Part shown: piece after piece, positions 28,101 to 43,100 of the stretch
Position numbering within the stretch: position 1 is the first letter of the stretch
Layout of the letters: the number at the start of each line of letters is the position of its first letter
NCBI GenBank assembly: GCA_964016885.1
Contig: OZ024744.1
Location: forward strand, 29,574,001 to 29,638,000
Direction: 5' to 3'
DNA length: 64,000 nt
Source: Eledone cirrhosa
Taxonomy: Eukaryota
Position numbers and translations under genes: made by a program
The notes under the pieces: model-generated
What the model was told of the DNA's origin: nothing
The model's database searches: none
The model's input: only the letters and a program-made list of their open reading frames with translations

Positions 28101-31100
28101 AGAGTCTTATATAGACTGTGTCACTGGTGGAGGACCATGACGTGGAGTGTCTTATATAGATTGTGTCACCGGTGGAGGACCATGACGTGGAGTGTCTTAT
28201 ATAGGTTGTGTCACTGGTGGAGGACCATGACGTGGAGTGTCTTATATAGATGGTGTCACTGGTGGAGGACCATGACGTGGAGTGGCTTATACAGATGGTG
28301 TCACTGGTGGAGGACGATGACTTGTTTATATAGATGGTGTCACTGGTGGAGGACCATGACGTGGTGTGTCTTATACAGATGGTGTCACTGGTGGAGGACC
28401 CTGACGTGGAGTGTCTCATATAGATGGTGTGATTGGTGGAGGACCATGACATGTCTTATACAGATTGTGTCACTGCTGGAGGACCATGACGTGGAGTGTC
28501 TTATATAGATTGTCTCACTGGTGGATGTCCATCACGTGGTGTGTCTTATACAGATGGTGTCATTGATGGAGGAACATGACATGTCTTATATAGACGGTGT
28601 AACTGGTGGAGGACCGTGACGTGGATTGTCTTATACAGATGTTGTCACTGGTGGAGGACCATGACGTGGAGTGTCTTATACAGATGGTATCACTGGTGGA
28701 GGACCATGACGTGGAGTGCCTTATACAGATTGTGTCACTGGTGGAGGACCATGACGTGGAGTGTCATATATAGATGGTGTCACTGGTGGAGGTCCATGAC
28801 GTGGTTTGACTTATATAGCTGGTGTCACTGTTGGAGGTCCATGACGTGGCGTGTCTTATATAGATGGTGTCGCTGGTGGAGGTCCATGACGTGGCGTGTC
28901 TTATATAGATGGTGTCACTGGTGGAGGACCATGACGTGGAGTGTCTTGTATAGATGGTGTTACTGGTGGAGGACCATGACGTGAAGTGTCTTATACAGAT
29001 GGTTTCACTGGTGGGCCACCATGACGTGGTGTGTCTTGTATAGATGGTGTCACTGGTGGAGGACCATGACGTGGAGTGTCTTATATAGATGGTGTCAATG
29101 ATGGAGGACCATGACGTGGAGTGTCTTATATAGATGGTGTCATTGATGGAGGACCACGACGTGGAGTGTCTTAAATAGATTGTGTCATTGGTGGCTAACC
29201 ATGACGTGGAGTGCCTTATATAGATGGTATCACTGGTGGAGGACCATGAGGTGGAGTGTCTTATTTAGATGGTGTCACTGGTGGAGGACCATGACGAGAA
29301 GTGTCTTATACAGATGGTTTCACTGGTGGAGGTCCATGAAGCGGAGTGTCTTATATAAATGGTGTCACTGGTGGGGGACCATGACGTGGTGTGTCTTATA
29401 TAGAGGGATTCACTGGTGGGGACCATGACGAGGTGTGTCTTATATAGATGGTGTCATTGGTGGAGGACCATGACGTGGAGTGTCTTATATAGATGGTGTC
29501 ATTGGTGGAGGACCATGACGTGGAGTGTCTTATATAGATGGTGTCACTGGTGGAGGACCATGACGTGGAGTGTCTTATTTAGATGGTGTCACTGGAGGAG
29601 GACCATGACGTGGAGTGTCTTATACAGATGGTGTCACTGGTGGAGGACCATGACGTGGAGTGTCTTATTTAGATGGTGTCACTGGAGGAGGACCATGACG
29701 TGGAGTGTCTTATACAGATGGTGTCACTGGTGGAGGACCATGACGTGTCTTATATAGATGGTGTCACTGGTGGAGGGCCATGACGTGGAGTGTCTTATAT
29801 AGATGGTGTCACTGGTGGAGGACCATGACGTGGAGTGGCTTATACAGATGGTGTCACTGGTGGAGGACCATGACGTGGAGTGGCTTATACAGATGGTGTC
29901 ACTGGTGGAGGACCATGACGTGGAGTGTCTTATACAGATGGTGTCACTGCTGGAGGTCCTTGACAGGTCTTATATAGATGGTGTCACTGGTGGAGAACCA
30001 TGACGTGGAGTGTCTTATATAGATGGTGTCACTGGTGGAGGACCATGACGTGGAGTGGCCTATACAGATGGTGTCACTGGTGGAGGACGTGACGTGGTGT
30101 GTCTGATACAGATGGTGTCACTGGTGGAGGACCCTGAAGTGGAGTGTCTCATATAGATGGTGTGATTGGTGGAGGACCATGACATGTCTTATACTGATTG
30201 TGTCACTGGTGGAGGACCATGACGTGGAGTGTCTTATAAAGATGGTATCACTGGTGGAGGTCCACGACCTGGTGTGTCTTATACAGATGGTGTCATTGGT
30301 GGAGGACCATGACATGTCTTATATAGACGGTGTAACTGGTGGAGGAGCATGACGTGGAGTGTCTTATACAGATGGTGTCACTGGTGGAGAAACATGACAT
30401 GGAGTGTCTTATACAGATGGTATCACTGGTGGAGGACGATGACATGTCTTATATAGATGGTGTCACTGGTGGCGGACCATGACATGGAGTGTCTTATACA
30501 GATGGTATCACTGGTGGAGGACCATGACATGTCTTATATAGACGGTGTCACCGGTGGAGGACCATGACGTGGAGTGTCTTATACAGATGGTGTCACTGGT
30601 GGAGGACCATGACGTGGAGTGTGTGATATAGATGGTGTGATTGGTGGAGGACCATGACATGTCTTATACAGATTGTGTCACTGGTGGAGGACCATGACGT
30701 GGACTGCCTTATATAGATGGTGTCATTGGTGGAGGACCATGACGTGGAGTGTCTTATATAGATGGTGTCACTGATGGAGGACCATGACCTGGAGTGTCTT
30801 ATACAGATGGTGTCACTGGTGGAGGACCATGACGTGTAGTGACTTATATAGATGGTGTCACTGGTGGAGGACCATGACCTGGAGTGTCTTATACAGATGG
30901 TGTCATTGGTGGAGGACCATGACGTGGAGTGTCTTATATAGATTGTGTCACAGGTGGAGGTCCATGACATGGTGTGTCTTATACAGATTGTGTCACTGGT
31001 GGCGGACAATGACGTGTAGTGTCTTATATAGATGGTGTCACTGGTGGAGGACCATGACGTGTAGTGTCTTATATAGATGGTGTCACCTGTGGAGGGCCAT

Positions 31101-34100
31101 GACGTTGAGTATCTTATAAAGATGGTATCATTGGTGGATGTCCATGACGTGGTGTGTCTTATACAGATTGTGTCACTGGTGGCGGACCATGACGTGTCTT
31201 ATATATATGGTGTCACTGGTGGAGGACCATGACGTTGAGTATCTTATAAAGATGGTATCATTGTTGGAGGACCATGACTTGGAGTGTCATATATAGATGG
31301 TGTCACTGGTGGAGGACCACGACGTGGAGAGTCTTATATAGACTGTGTCACTGGTGGAGGACCATGACGTGGAGTGTCTTATATAGATTGTGTCCCCGGT
31401 GGAGGACCATGACGTGGAGTGTCTTATATAGGTTGTGTCACTGGTGGAGGACCATGACGTGGAGTGTCTTATATAGATGGTGTCACTGGTGGAGGACCAT
31501 GACGTGGAGTGGCTTATACAGATGGTGTCACTGGTGGAGGACCATGACTTGTTTATATAGATTGTGTCACTGCCGGAGGACCATGACGTGGAGTGTCTTA
31601 TATAGATTGTGTCACTGGTGGATGTCCATGACGTGGTGTGTCTTATACAGATGGTGTCATTGATGGAGGAACATGACATGTCTTATATAGACGGTGTAAC
31701 TGGTGGAGGACCGTGACGTGGAGTGTCTTATACAGATGGTGTCACTGGTGGAGGACCATGACGTGGTGTGTCTTATACAGATGGTATCACTGGTGGAGGA
31801 CCATGACGTGGAGTGCCTTATACAGATTGTGTCACTGGTGGAGGACCATGACGTGGAGTGTCTTATATAGATGGTGTCACTGGTGGAGTTCCATGACGTG
31901 GTTTGACTTATATAGATGGTGTCACTGGTGGAGAACCATGACTTGGAGTGTCTTATATAGATGGTGTCACTGGTGGAGTTCCATGACGTGGTTTGACTTA
32001 TATAGATGGTGTCGCTGGTGGAGGTCCATGACGTGGCGTGTCTTATATAGATGGTTTCACTGGTGGGGGACCATGACGTGGTGTGTCTTGTATAGATGGT
32101 GTCACTGGTGGAGGACCATGACGTGGAGTGTCTTATATAGATGGTGTCAATGATGGAGGACCATGACGTGGAGTTTCTTATATAGATGGTGTCATTGATG
32201 GAGGACCACCACGTGGAGTGTCTTATATAGATGGTGTCATTGGTAGCTAACCATGACGTGGAGTGCCTTATATAGATGGTGTCACTGGTGGAGGACCATG
32301 AGGTGGAGTGTCTTATTTAGATGGTGTCACTGGTGGAGGACCATGACGAGAAGTGTCTTATACAGATGGTTTCACTGGTGGAGGTCCATGAAGCGGAGTG
32401 TCTTATATAAATGGTGTCACTGGTGGGGGTCCATGACCTGGAGTGTCTTATTTAGATGGTGTCACTGGAGGAGGACCATGACGTGGAGTGTCTTATATAG
32501 ATTGTGTCATTGGTGGAGGACCATGACATGTCTTATATAGATGGTGTCACTGATGGAGGACCATGACGTGGAGTGTCTTATACAGATGGTGTCACTGGTG
32601 GAGGACCCTGATGTGGAGTGTCTCATATAGATGGTGTGATTGGTGGAGGACCATGACATTTCTTATACAGATTGTGTCACTGGTGGAGGACCATGACGCG
32701 GAGTGTCTTATATAGATGGTGTCACTGGTGGAGGACCATGACGTGGAGTGTCTTATATAGATTGTGTCACTGGTGGAGGTCCATGACGTGGTGTGTCTTA
32801 TACAGATTGTGTCACTGGTGGCGGACCATGACGTGTAGTGTCTTATATAGATGGTGTCACTGGTGGAGGACCATGACGTGTAGTGTCTTATATAGATGGT
32901 GTCACTGGTGGAGGACCATGACTTGTCTTATATAGATGGTGTGATTGGTGGAGGACCATGACATGTCTTATACAGATTGTGTCACTGGTGGAGGACCATG
33001 ACGTGTAGTGTCTTATATAGATGCTGTCACTGGTGGAGGGCCATGACGTTGAGTATCTTATAAAGATGGTATCATTGGTGGAGGTCCATGACGTGGTGTG
33101 TCTTATACAGATGGTGTCATTGGTGGAGGACCATGACATGTCTTATATAGATGGTGTCACTGGTGGAGGACCATGACGTGGAGTGTCTTATACAGATGGT
33201 GTCACTGGTGGAGGACCATGACTTGTTTATATAGATGGTGTCACTGGTGGAGGATCATGACGTGGGGTGTCTTATATAGATGGTGTCACTGGTGGAGGAC
33301 CATGACGTGGAGTGACTTATACAGATGTTGTCACTGGTGGAGGACCATGACTTGTTTATATAGATGGTGTCACTGGTGGAGGACCATGACGTGGTGTGTC
33401 TTATACAGATGGTATCACTGGTGGAGGACCATGACTTGTTTATATAGATGGTGTCACTGATGGAGGACCATGACGTGGTGTGTCTTATACAGATGGTGTC
33501 ACTGGTGGAGGACCCTGATGTGGAGTGTTTCATATAGATGGTGTGATTGGTGGAGGACCATGACATTTCTTATACAGATTGTGTCACTGGTGGAGGAACA
33601 TGACGTGGAGTGTCTTATATAGATGGTGTCACTAGTGGAGGGCCATGACGTGGAGTGTCTTTTATAGATTGTGTCACTGGTGGAGGTCCATGACGTTGTG
33701 TGTCTTATACAGATTGTGTCACTGGTGGCGGACCATGACGTGTAGTGTCTTATATAGATGGTGTCACTGGTGGAGGACCATGACTTGTCTTATATAGATG
33801 GTGTGATTGGTGGAGGACCATGACATGTCTTATACAGATTGTGTCACTGGTGGAGGACCATGACGTGTAGTGTCTTATATAGATGGTGTAACTGGTGGAG
33901 GGCCATGACGTTGAGTATCTTATAAAGATGGTATCATTGGTGGAGGTCCATGACGTGGTGTGTCTTATACAGATGGTTTCATTGGTGGAGGACCATGACA
34001 TGTCTTATATAGATGGTGTCACTGGTGGAGGATCATGACGTGGAGTGTCTTATATAGATGGTGTCACTGGTGGAGGACCATGACATGTAGTGTCTTATAT

Positions 34101-37100
34101 AGATTGTGTCACTGGTGGAGGACCATGACGTGGAGTTTCTTATACATATGGTGTCACTGGTGGAGGACCATGACGTGTCTTATATAGATGGTGTCACTGG
34201 TGGAGGACCATGACGTGGAGTGTCTTATATAGATGGTGTCACTGGTGGAGGATATGACGTGGAGTGTCTTATATAGATGGTGTCACTCGTGGAGGACCAT
34301 GACGTGGAGTGTGTTATATAGATTGTGTCACTGGTGGTGGACCATGACGTGGAGTGTCTTATATATATGGTGTCACTGGTGGAGGACCATGACGTGGAGT
34401 GTCTTATATAGATGGTGTCATTGGTGGAGGACCATGACGTGGAGTTTCTTATACAGATGGTTTCACTGGTGGAGGTCCATAACGTGGTGTGTCTTATATA
34501 TATGGTGTCACTGGTGGAGGACCATGACGTGGAGTGTCTTATACAGATGCTGTCACTGGTGGAGGACCATGACGTGTCTTATATAGATGGTGTCACTGGT
34601 GGAGGGCCATGACTTGAGTGTCTTATATAGATGGTGTCACTGGTGGAAGACCATGACGTGTCTTATATAGATGTTGTCAATGGTGGAGGACCATGACGTG
34701 GAGTGTCTTATACATATGGTGTCACCGGTGGAGGTCCATGACGTGGAGTGTCTTATACAGATTGTGTCACTGGTGGAGGACCATGACGTTGAGTGTCTTA
34801 TACAGATGGTGTCACTGGCGGAGGACCATGACGTGGTGTGTCTTATACAGATGGTGTCACTGGTGGAGGACCATGACGTGGAGTGTCTTATACAGATGGT
34901 GTCACTGGTGGAGGACCATGACATGTCTTATATAGATGGTGTCTCTGGTGGAGGTCCATGACGTGGAGTGTCTTATAGAGATGGTGACACTGGTGGAGGA
35001 CCATGAAGTGGAGTGTCTTATGCAGATGGTGTAACTGGTGGAGGAGCATGACGTGGAGTGTCTTATACAGATGGTGTCACTGGTGGAGGTCAATGACGTG
35101 GAGTGTCTTATACAGATTGTGTCACTGGTGGAGGACCATGACATGTCTTATACAGATGGTGTCACTGGTGGAGGACATGACGTGGAGTGTCTTATACAGA
35201 TGGTGTCACTGGTGGAGGACCATGACGTGGGGTGTCTTATATAGATGGTGTCACTGGTGGAGGACCATGACGTGGAGTGTCTTATATAGATTGTGTCACT
35301 GGTGGAGGTCCATGACGTGGTGTGTCTTATACAGATTGTGTCACTGGTGGCGGACCATGACGTGTAGTGTCTTATATAGATGGTGTCACTGGTGGAGGAC
35401 CATGACGTGTAGTGTCTTATATAGATGGTGTCACTGGTGGAGGACCATGACTTGTCTTATATAGATGGTGTGATTGGTGGAGGACCATGACATGTCTTCT
35501 ACAGATTGTGTCACTGGTGGAGGACCTTGACGTGTAGTGTCTTATATAGATGGTGTCACTGGTGGAGGGCCATGACGTTGAGTATCTTATAAAGATGGTA
35601 TCATTGGTGGAGGTCCATGACGTGGTGTGTCTTATACAGATGGTGTCATTGGTGGAGGACCATGACATGTCTTATATAGATGGTGTCACTGGTTGAGGAT
35701 CATGACGTGGAGTGTCTTATATAGATGGTGTCACTGGTGGAGGACCATGACGTGGAGTGTCTTGTATAGATGGTGTTACTGGTGGAGAACCATGACGTGG
35801 AGTGTCTTATACAGATGGTTTCACTGGTGGGGGACCATGACGTGGTGTGTCTTGTATAGATGGTGTCACTGGTGGAGGACCATGACGTGGAGTGTCTTAT
35901 ATAGATGGTGTCAATGATGGAGGACCATGACGTGGAGTGTCTTATATAGATGGTGTCATTGATGGAGGACCACCACGTGGAGTGTCTTATATAGATGGTG
36001 TCATTGGTGGCTAACCATGACGTGGAGTGCCTTATATAGATGGTGTCACTGGTGGAGGACCATGAGGTGGAGTGTCTTATTTAGATGGTGTCACTGGTGG
36101 AGGACCATGACGAGAAGTGTCTTATACAGATGGTTTCACTGGTGGAGGTCCATGAAGCGGAGTGTCTTATATAAATGGTGTCACTGGTGGGGGACCATGA
36201 CCTGGAGTGTCTTATTTAGATGGTGTCACTGGAGGAGGACCATGACGTGGAGTGTCTTATATAGATGGTGTCACTGGTGGGGGACCATGACGTGGTGTGT
36301 CTTATACAGATGGTGTCACTGGTGGAGGACATGACGTGGAGTGTCTTATATAGATTGTGTCATTGGTGGAGGACCATGACATGTCTTATATTGATGGTGT
36401 CACTGATGGAGGACCATGACGTGGAGTGTCTTATACAGATGGTGTCACTGGTGGAGGACCCTGATGTGGAGTGTCTCATATAGATGGTGTGATTGGTGGA
36501 GGACCATGACATTTCTTATACAGATTGTGTCACTGGTGGAGGACCATGACGCGGAGTGTCTTATATAGATGGTGTCACTGGTGGAGGACCATGACGTGGA
36601 GTGTCTTATATAGATTGTGTCACTGGTGGAGGTCCATGACGTGGTGTGTCTTATACAGATTGTGTCACTGGTGGCGGACCATGACGTGTAGTGTCTTATA
36701 TAGATGGTGTCACTGGTGGAGGACCATGACGTGTAGTGTCTTATATAGATGGTGTCACTGGTGGAGGACCATGACTTGTCTTATATAGATGGTGTGATTG
36801 GTGGAGGACCATGACATGTCTTATACAGATTGTGTCACTGGTGGAGGACCATGACGTGTAGTGTCTTATATAGATGGTGTCACTGGTGGAGGGCCATGAC
36901 GTTGAGTATCTTATAAAGATGGTATCATTGGTGGAGGTCCATGACGTGGTGTGTCTTATACAGATGGTGTCATTGGTGGAGGACCATGACATGTCTTATA
37001 TAGATGGTGTCACTGGTGGAGGATCATGACGTGGGGTGTCTTATATAGATGGTGTCACTGGTGGAGGACCATGACGTGGAGTGACTTATACAGATGTTGT

Positions 37101-40100
37101 CACTGGTGGAGGACCATGACTTGTTTATATAGATGGTGTCACTGGTGGAGGACCATGACGTGGTGTGTTTTATACAGATGGTATCACTGGTGGAGGACCA
37201 TGACTTGTTTATATAGATGGTGTCACTGATGGAGGACCATGACGTGGTGTGTCTTATACAGATGGTGTCACTGGTGGAGGACCCTGATGTGGAGTGTTTC
37301 ATATAGATGGTGTGATTGGTGGAGGACCATGACATTTCTTATACAGATTGTGTCACTGGTGGAGGAACATGACGTGGAGTGTCTTATATAGATGGTGTCA
37401 CTAGTGGAGGGCCATGACGTGGAGTGTCTTTTATAGATTGTGTCACTGGTGGAGGTCCATGACGTTGTGTGTCTTATACAGATTGTGTCACTGGTGGCGG
37501 ACCATGACGTGTAGTGTCTTATATAGATGGTGTCACTGGTGGAGGACCATGACTTGTCTTATATAGATGGTGTGATTGGTGGAGGACCATGACATGTCTT
37601 ATACAGATTGTGTCACTGGTGGAGGACCATGACGTGTAGTGTCTTATATAGATGGTGTCACTGGTGGAGGGCCATGACGTTGAGTATCTTATAAAGATGG
37701 TATCATTGGTGGAGGTCCATGACGTGGTGTGTCTTATACAGATGGTTTCATTGGTGGAGGACCATGACATGTCTTATATAGATGGTGTCACTGGTGGAGG
37801 ATCATGACGTGGAGTGTCTTATATAGATGGTGCCACTGGTGGAGGACCATGACATGTAGTGTCTTATATAGATTGTGTCACTGGTGGAGGACCATGACGT
37901 GGAGTTTCTTGTACATATGGTGTCACTGGTGGAGGACCATGACGTGTCTTATATAGATGGTGTCACTGGTGGAGGACCATGACGTGGAGTGTCTTATATA
38001 GATGGTGTCACTGGTGGAGGACATGACGTGGAGTGTCTTATATAGATGGTGTCACTCGTGGAGGACCATGACGTGGAGTGTGTTATATAGATTGTGTCAC
38101 TGGTGGTGGACCATGACGTGGAGTGTCTTATATATATGGTGTCACTGGTGGAGGACCATGACGTGGAGTGTCTTATATAGATGGTGTCACTGGTGGAGGA
38201 CCATGACGTGGAGTGTCTTATATAGATGGTGTCATTGGTGGAGGACCATGACGTGGAGTTTCTTATACAGATGGTTTCACTGGTGGAGGTCCATAACGTG
38301 GTGTGACTTATATATATGGTGTCACTGGTGGAGGACCATGACGTGGAGTGTCTTATACAGATGGTGTCACAGGTGGAGGACCATGACGTGTCTTATATAG
38401 ATGGTGTCACTGGTGGAGGGCCATGACTTGAGTGTCTTATATAGATGGTGTCACTGGTGGAAGACCATGACGTGTCTTATATAGATGTTGTCAATGGTGG
38501 AGGACCATGACGTGGAGTGTCTTATACATATGGTGTCACCGGTGGAGGTCCATGACGTGGAGTGTCTTATACAGATTGTGTCACTGGTGGAGGACCATGA
38601 CGTTGAGTGTCTTATACAGATGGTGTCACTGGCGGAGGACCATGACGTGGTGTGTCTTATACAGATGGTGTCACTGGTGGAGGACCATGACGTGGAGTGT
38701 CTTATACAGATGGTGTCACTGGTGGAGGACCATGACATGTCTTATATAGATGGTGTCTCTGGTGGAGGTCCATGACGTGGAGTGTCTTATAGAGATGGTG
38801 ACACTGGTGGAGGACCATGACGTGGAGTGTCTTATGCAGATGGTGTAACTGGTGGAGGAGCATGACGTGGAGTGTCTTATACAGATTGTGTCACTGGTGG
38901 AGGACCATGACATGTCTTATACAGATGGTGTCACTGGTGGAGGACATGACGTGGAGTGTCTTATACAGATGGTGTCACTGGTGGAGGACCATGACGTGGG
39001 GTGTCTTATATAGATGGTGTCACTGGTGGAGGACCATGACGTGGAGTGTCTTATATAGATTGTGTCACTGGTGGAGGTCCATGACGTGGTGTGTCTTATA
39101 CAGATTGTGTCACTGGCGGCGGACCATGACGTGTAGTGTCTTATATAGATGGTGTCACTGGTGGAGGACCATGACGTGTAGTGTCTTATATAGATGGTGT
39201 CACTGGTGGAGGACCATGACTTGTCTTATATAGATGGTGTGATTGGTGGAGGACCATGGCATGTCTTCTACAGATTGTGTCACTGGTGGAGGACCTTGAC
39301 GTGTAGTGTCTTATATAGATGGTGTCACTGGTGGAGGGCCATGACGTTGAGTATCTTATAAAGATGGTATCATTGGTGGAGGTCCATGACGTGGTGTGTC
39401 TTATACAGATGGTGTCATTGGTGGAGGACCATGACATGTCTTATATAGATGGTGTCACTGGTTGAGGATCATGACGTGGAGTGTCTTATATAGATGATGT
39501 CACTGGTGGAGGACCATGACATGTAGAGTCTTATATAGATCGTGTCACTGGTGGAGGACCATAACGTGGAGTGTGATATACAGATGGTGTCACTGGTGGA
39601 GGACCATGACGTGGAGTGACTTATATAGATGGTGTCACTGGTGGAGGACATGACGTGGAGCGTCTTATATAGATGGTGTCACTGGTGGAGTGCCATGACT
39701 TGAGTGTCTTATATAGATGGTGTCACTGGTGGAAGACCATGACGTGTCTTATATAGATGTTGTCAATGGTGGAGGACCATGACATGGAGTGTCTTATACA
39801 TATGGTGTCACCGATGGAGGTCCATGACGTGGAGTGTCTTATACAGATGGTGTCACTGGTGGAGGACCATGACGTGGAGTGTCTTATACAGATGGTGTCA
39901 CTGGTGGAGGACCATGACATGTCTTATATAGATGGTGTCTCTGGTGGAGGTCCATGACGTGGAGTGTCTTATACAGATGGTGTCACTGGTGGAGGACCAT
40001 GACGTGGAGTGTCTTATACAGATGGTGTCACTGGTGGAGGTCCATGACGTGGAGTGTCTTATACAGATTGTGTCACTGGTGGAGGACCATGACTTGTTTA

Positions 40101-43100
40101 TATAGATGGTGTCACTGATGGAGGACCATGACGTGGTGTGTCTTATACAGATGGTGTCACTGGTGGAGGACCCTGATGTGGAGTGTTTCATATAGATGGT
40201 GTGATTGGTGGAGGACCATGACATTTCTTATACAGATTGTGTCACTGGTGGAGGAACATGACGTGGAGTGTCTTATATAGATGGTGTCACTAGTGGAGGG
40301 CCATGACGTGGAGTGTCTTTTATAGATTGTGTCACTGGTGGAGGTCCATGACGTTGTGTGTCTTATACAGATTGTGTCACTGGTGGCGGACCATGACGTG
40401 TAGTGTCTTATATAAATGGTGTCACTGGTGGAGGACCATGACTTGTCTTATATAGATGGTGTGATTGGTGGAGGACCATGACATGTCTTATACAGATTGT
40501 GTCACTGGTGGAGGACCATGACGTGTAGTGTCTTATATAGATGGTGTCACTGGTGGAGGGCCATGACGTTGAGTATCTTATAAAGATGGTATCATTGGTG
40601 GAGGTCCATGACGTGGTGTGTCTTATACAGATGGTTTCATTGGTGGAGGACCATGACATGTCTTATATAGATGGTGTCACTGGTGGAGGATCATGACGTG
40701 GAGTGTCTTATATAGATGGTGTCACTGGTGGAGGACCATGACATGTAGTGTCTTATATAGATTGTGTCACTGGTGGAGGACCATGACGTGGAGTTTCTTA
40801 TACATATGGTGTCACTGGTGGAGGACCATGACGTGTCTTATATAGATGGTGTCACTGGTGGAGGACCATGACGTGGAGTGTCTTATATAGATGGTGTCAC
40901 TGGTGGAGGACATGACGTGGAGTGTCTTATATAGATGGTGTCACTCGTGGAGGACCATGACGTGGAGTGTGTTATATAGATTGTGTCACTGGTGGTGGAC
41001 CATGACGTGGAGTGTCTTATATATATGGTGTCACTGGTGGAGGACCATGACGTGGAGTGTCTTATATAGATGGTGTCATTGGTGGAGGACCATGACGTGG
41101 AGTGTCTTATACAGATGGTTTCACTGGTGGAGGTCCATAACGTGGTGTGTCTTATATATATGGTGTCACTGGTGGAGGACCATGACGTGGAGTGTCTTAT
41201 ACAGATGGTGTCACTGGTGGAGGACCATGACGTGTCTTATATAGATGGTGTCACTGGTGGAGGGCCATGACTTGAGTGTCTTATATAGATGGTGTCACTG
41301 GTGGAAGACCATGACGTGTCTTATATAGATGTTGTCAATGGTGGAGGACCATGACGTGGAGTGTCTTATACATATGGTGTCACCGGTGGAGGTCCATGAC
41401 GTGGAGTGTCTTATACAGATTGTGTCACTGGTGGAGGACCATGACGTTGAGTGTCTTATACAGATGGTGTCACTGGCGGAGGGCCATGACGTGGTGTGTC
41501 TTATACAGATGGTGTCACTGGTGGAGGACCATGACGTGGAGTGTCTTATACAGATGGTGTCACTGGTGGAGGACCATGACATGTCTTATATAGATGGTGT
41601 CTCTGGTGCAGGTCCATGACGTGGAGTGTCTTATAGAGATGGTGACACTGGTGGAGGACCATGACGTGGAGTGTCTTATGCAGATGGTGTAACTGGTGGA
41701 GGAGCATGACGTGGAGTGTCTTATACAGATGGTGTCACTGGTGGAGGTCAATGACGTGGAGTGTCTTATACAGATTGTGTCACTGGTGGAGGACCATGAC
41801 ATGTCTTATACAGATGGTGTCACTGGTGGAGGACATGACGTGGAGTGTCTTATACAGATGGTGTCACTGGTGGAGGACCATGACGTGGGGTGTCTTATAT
41901 AGATGGTGTCACTGTTGGAGGACCATGACGTGGAGTGTCTTATATAGATTGTGTCACTGGTGGATGTCCATGACGTGGTGTGTCTTATACAGATTGTGTC
42001 ACTGGTGGCGGACCATGACGTGTAGTGTCTTATATAGATGGTGTCACTGGTGGAGGACCATGACGTGTAGTGTCTTATATAGATGGTGTCACTGGTGGAG
42101 GACCATGACTTGTCTTTTATAGATGGTGTGATTGGTGGAGGACCATGACATGTCTTCTACAGATTGTGTCACTGGTGGAGGACCTTGACGTGTAGTGTCT
42201 TATATAGATGGTGTCACTGGTGGAGGGCCATGACGTTGAGTATCTTATAAAGATGGTATCATTGGTGGAGGTCCATGACGTGGTGTGTCTTATACAGATG
42301 GTGTCATTGGTGGAGGACCATGACATGTCTTATATAGATGGTGTCACTGGTTGAGGATCATGACGTGGAGTGTCTTATATAGATGGTGTCACTGGTGGAG
42401 GACCATGACATGTAGTGTCTTATATAGATTGTGTCACTGGTGGAGGACCATGACGTGGAGTTTCTTATACATATGGTGTCACTGGTGGAGGACCATGACG
42501 TGTCTTATATAGATCGTGTCACTGGTGGAGGACCATGACGTGGAGTGTCTTATATAGATGGTGTCACTCGTGGAGGACCATGACGTGGAGTGTGTTATAC
42601 AGATGGTGTCACTGGTGGAGGACCATGACGTGGAGTGACTTATATAGATGGTGTCACTGGTGGAGGACATGACGTGGAGCGTCTTATATAGATGGTGTCA
42701 CTGGTGGAGTGCCATGACTTGAGTGTCTTATATAGATGGTGTCACTGGTGGAAGACCATGACGTGTCTTATATAGATGTTGTCAATGGTGGAGGACCATG
42801 ACGTGGAGTGTCTTATACATATGGTGTCACCGATGGAGGTCCATGACGTGGAGTGTCTTATACAGATGGTGTCACTGGTGGAGGACCATGACGTGGTGTG
42901 TCTTATACAGATGGTGTCACTGGTGGAGGACCATGACGTGGAGTGTCTTATACAGATGGTGTCACTGGTGGAGGACCATGACATGTCTTATATAGATGGT
43001 GTCTCTGGTGGAGGTCCATGACGTGGAGTGTCTTATACAGATGGTGTCACTGGTGGAGGACCATGACGTGGAGTGTCTTATACAGATGGTGTCACTGGTG

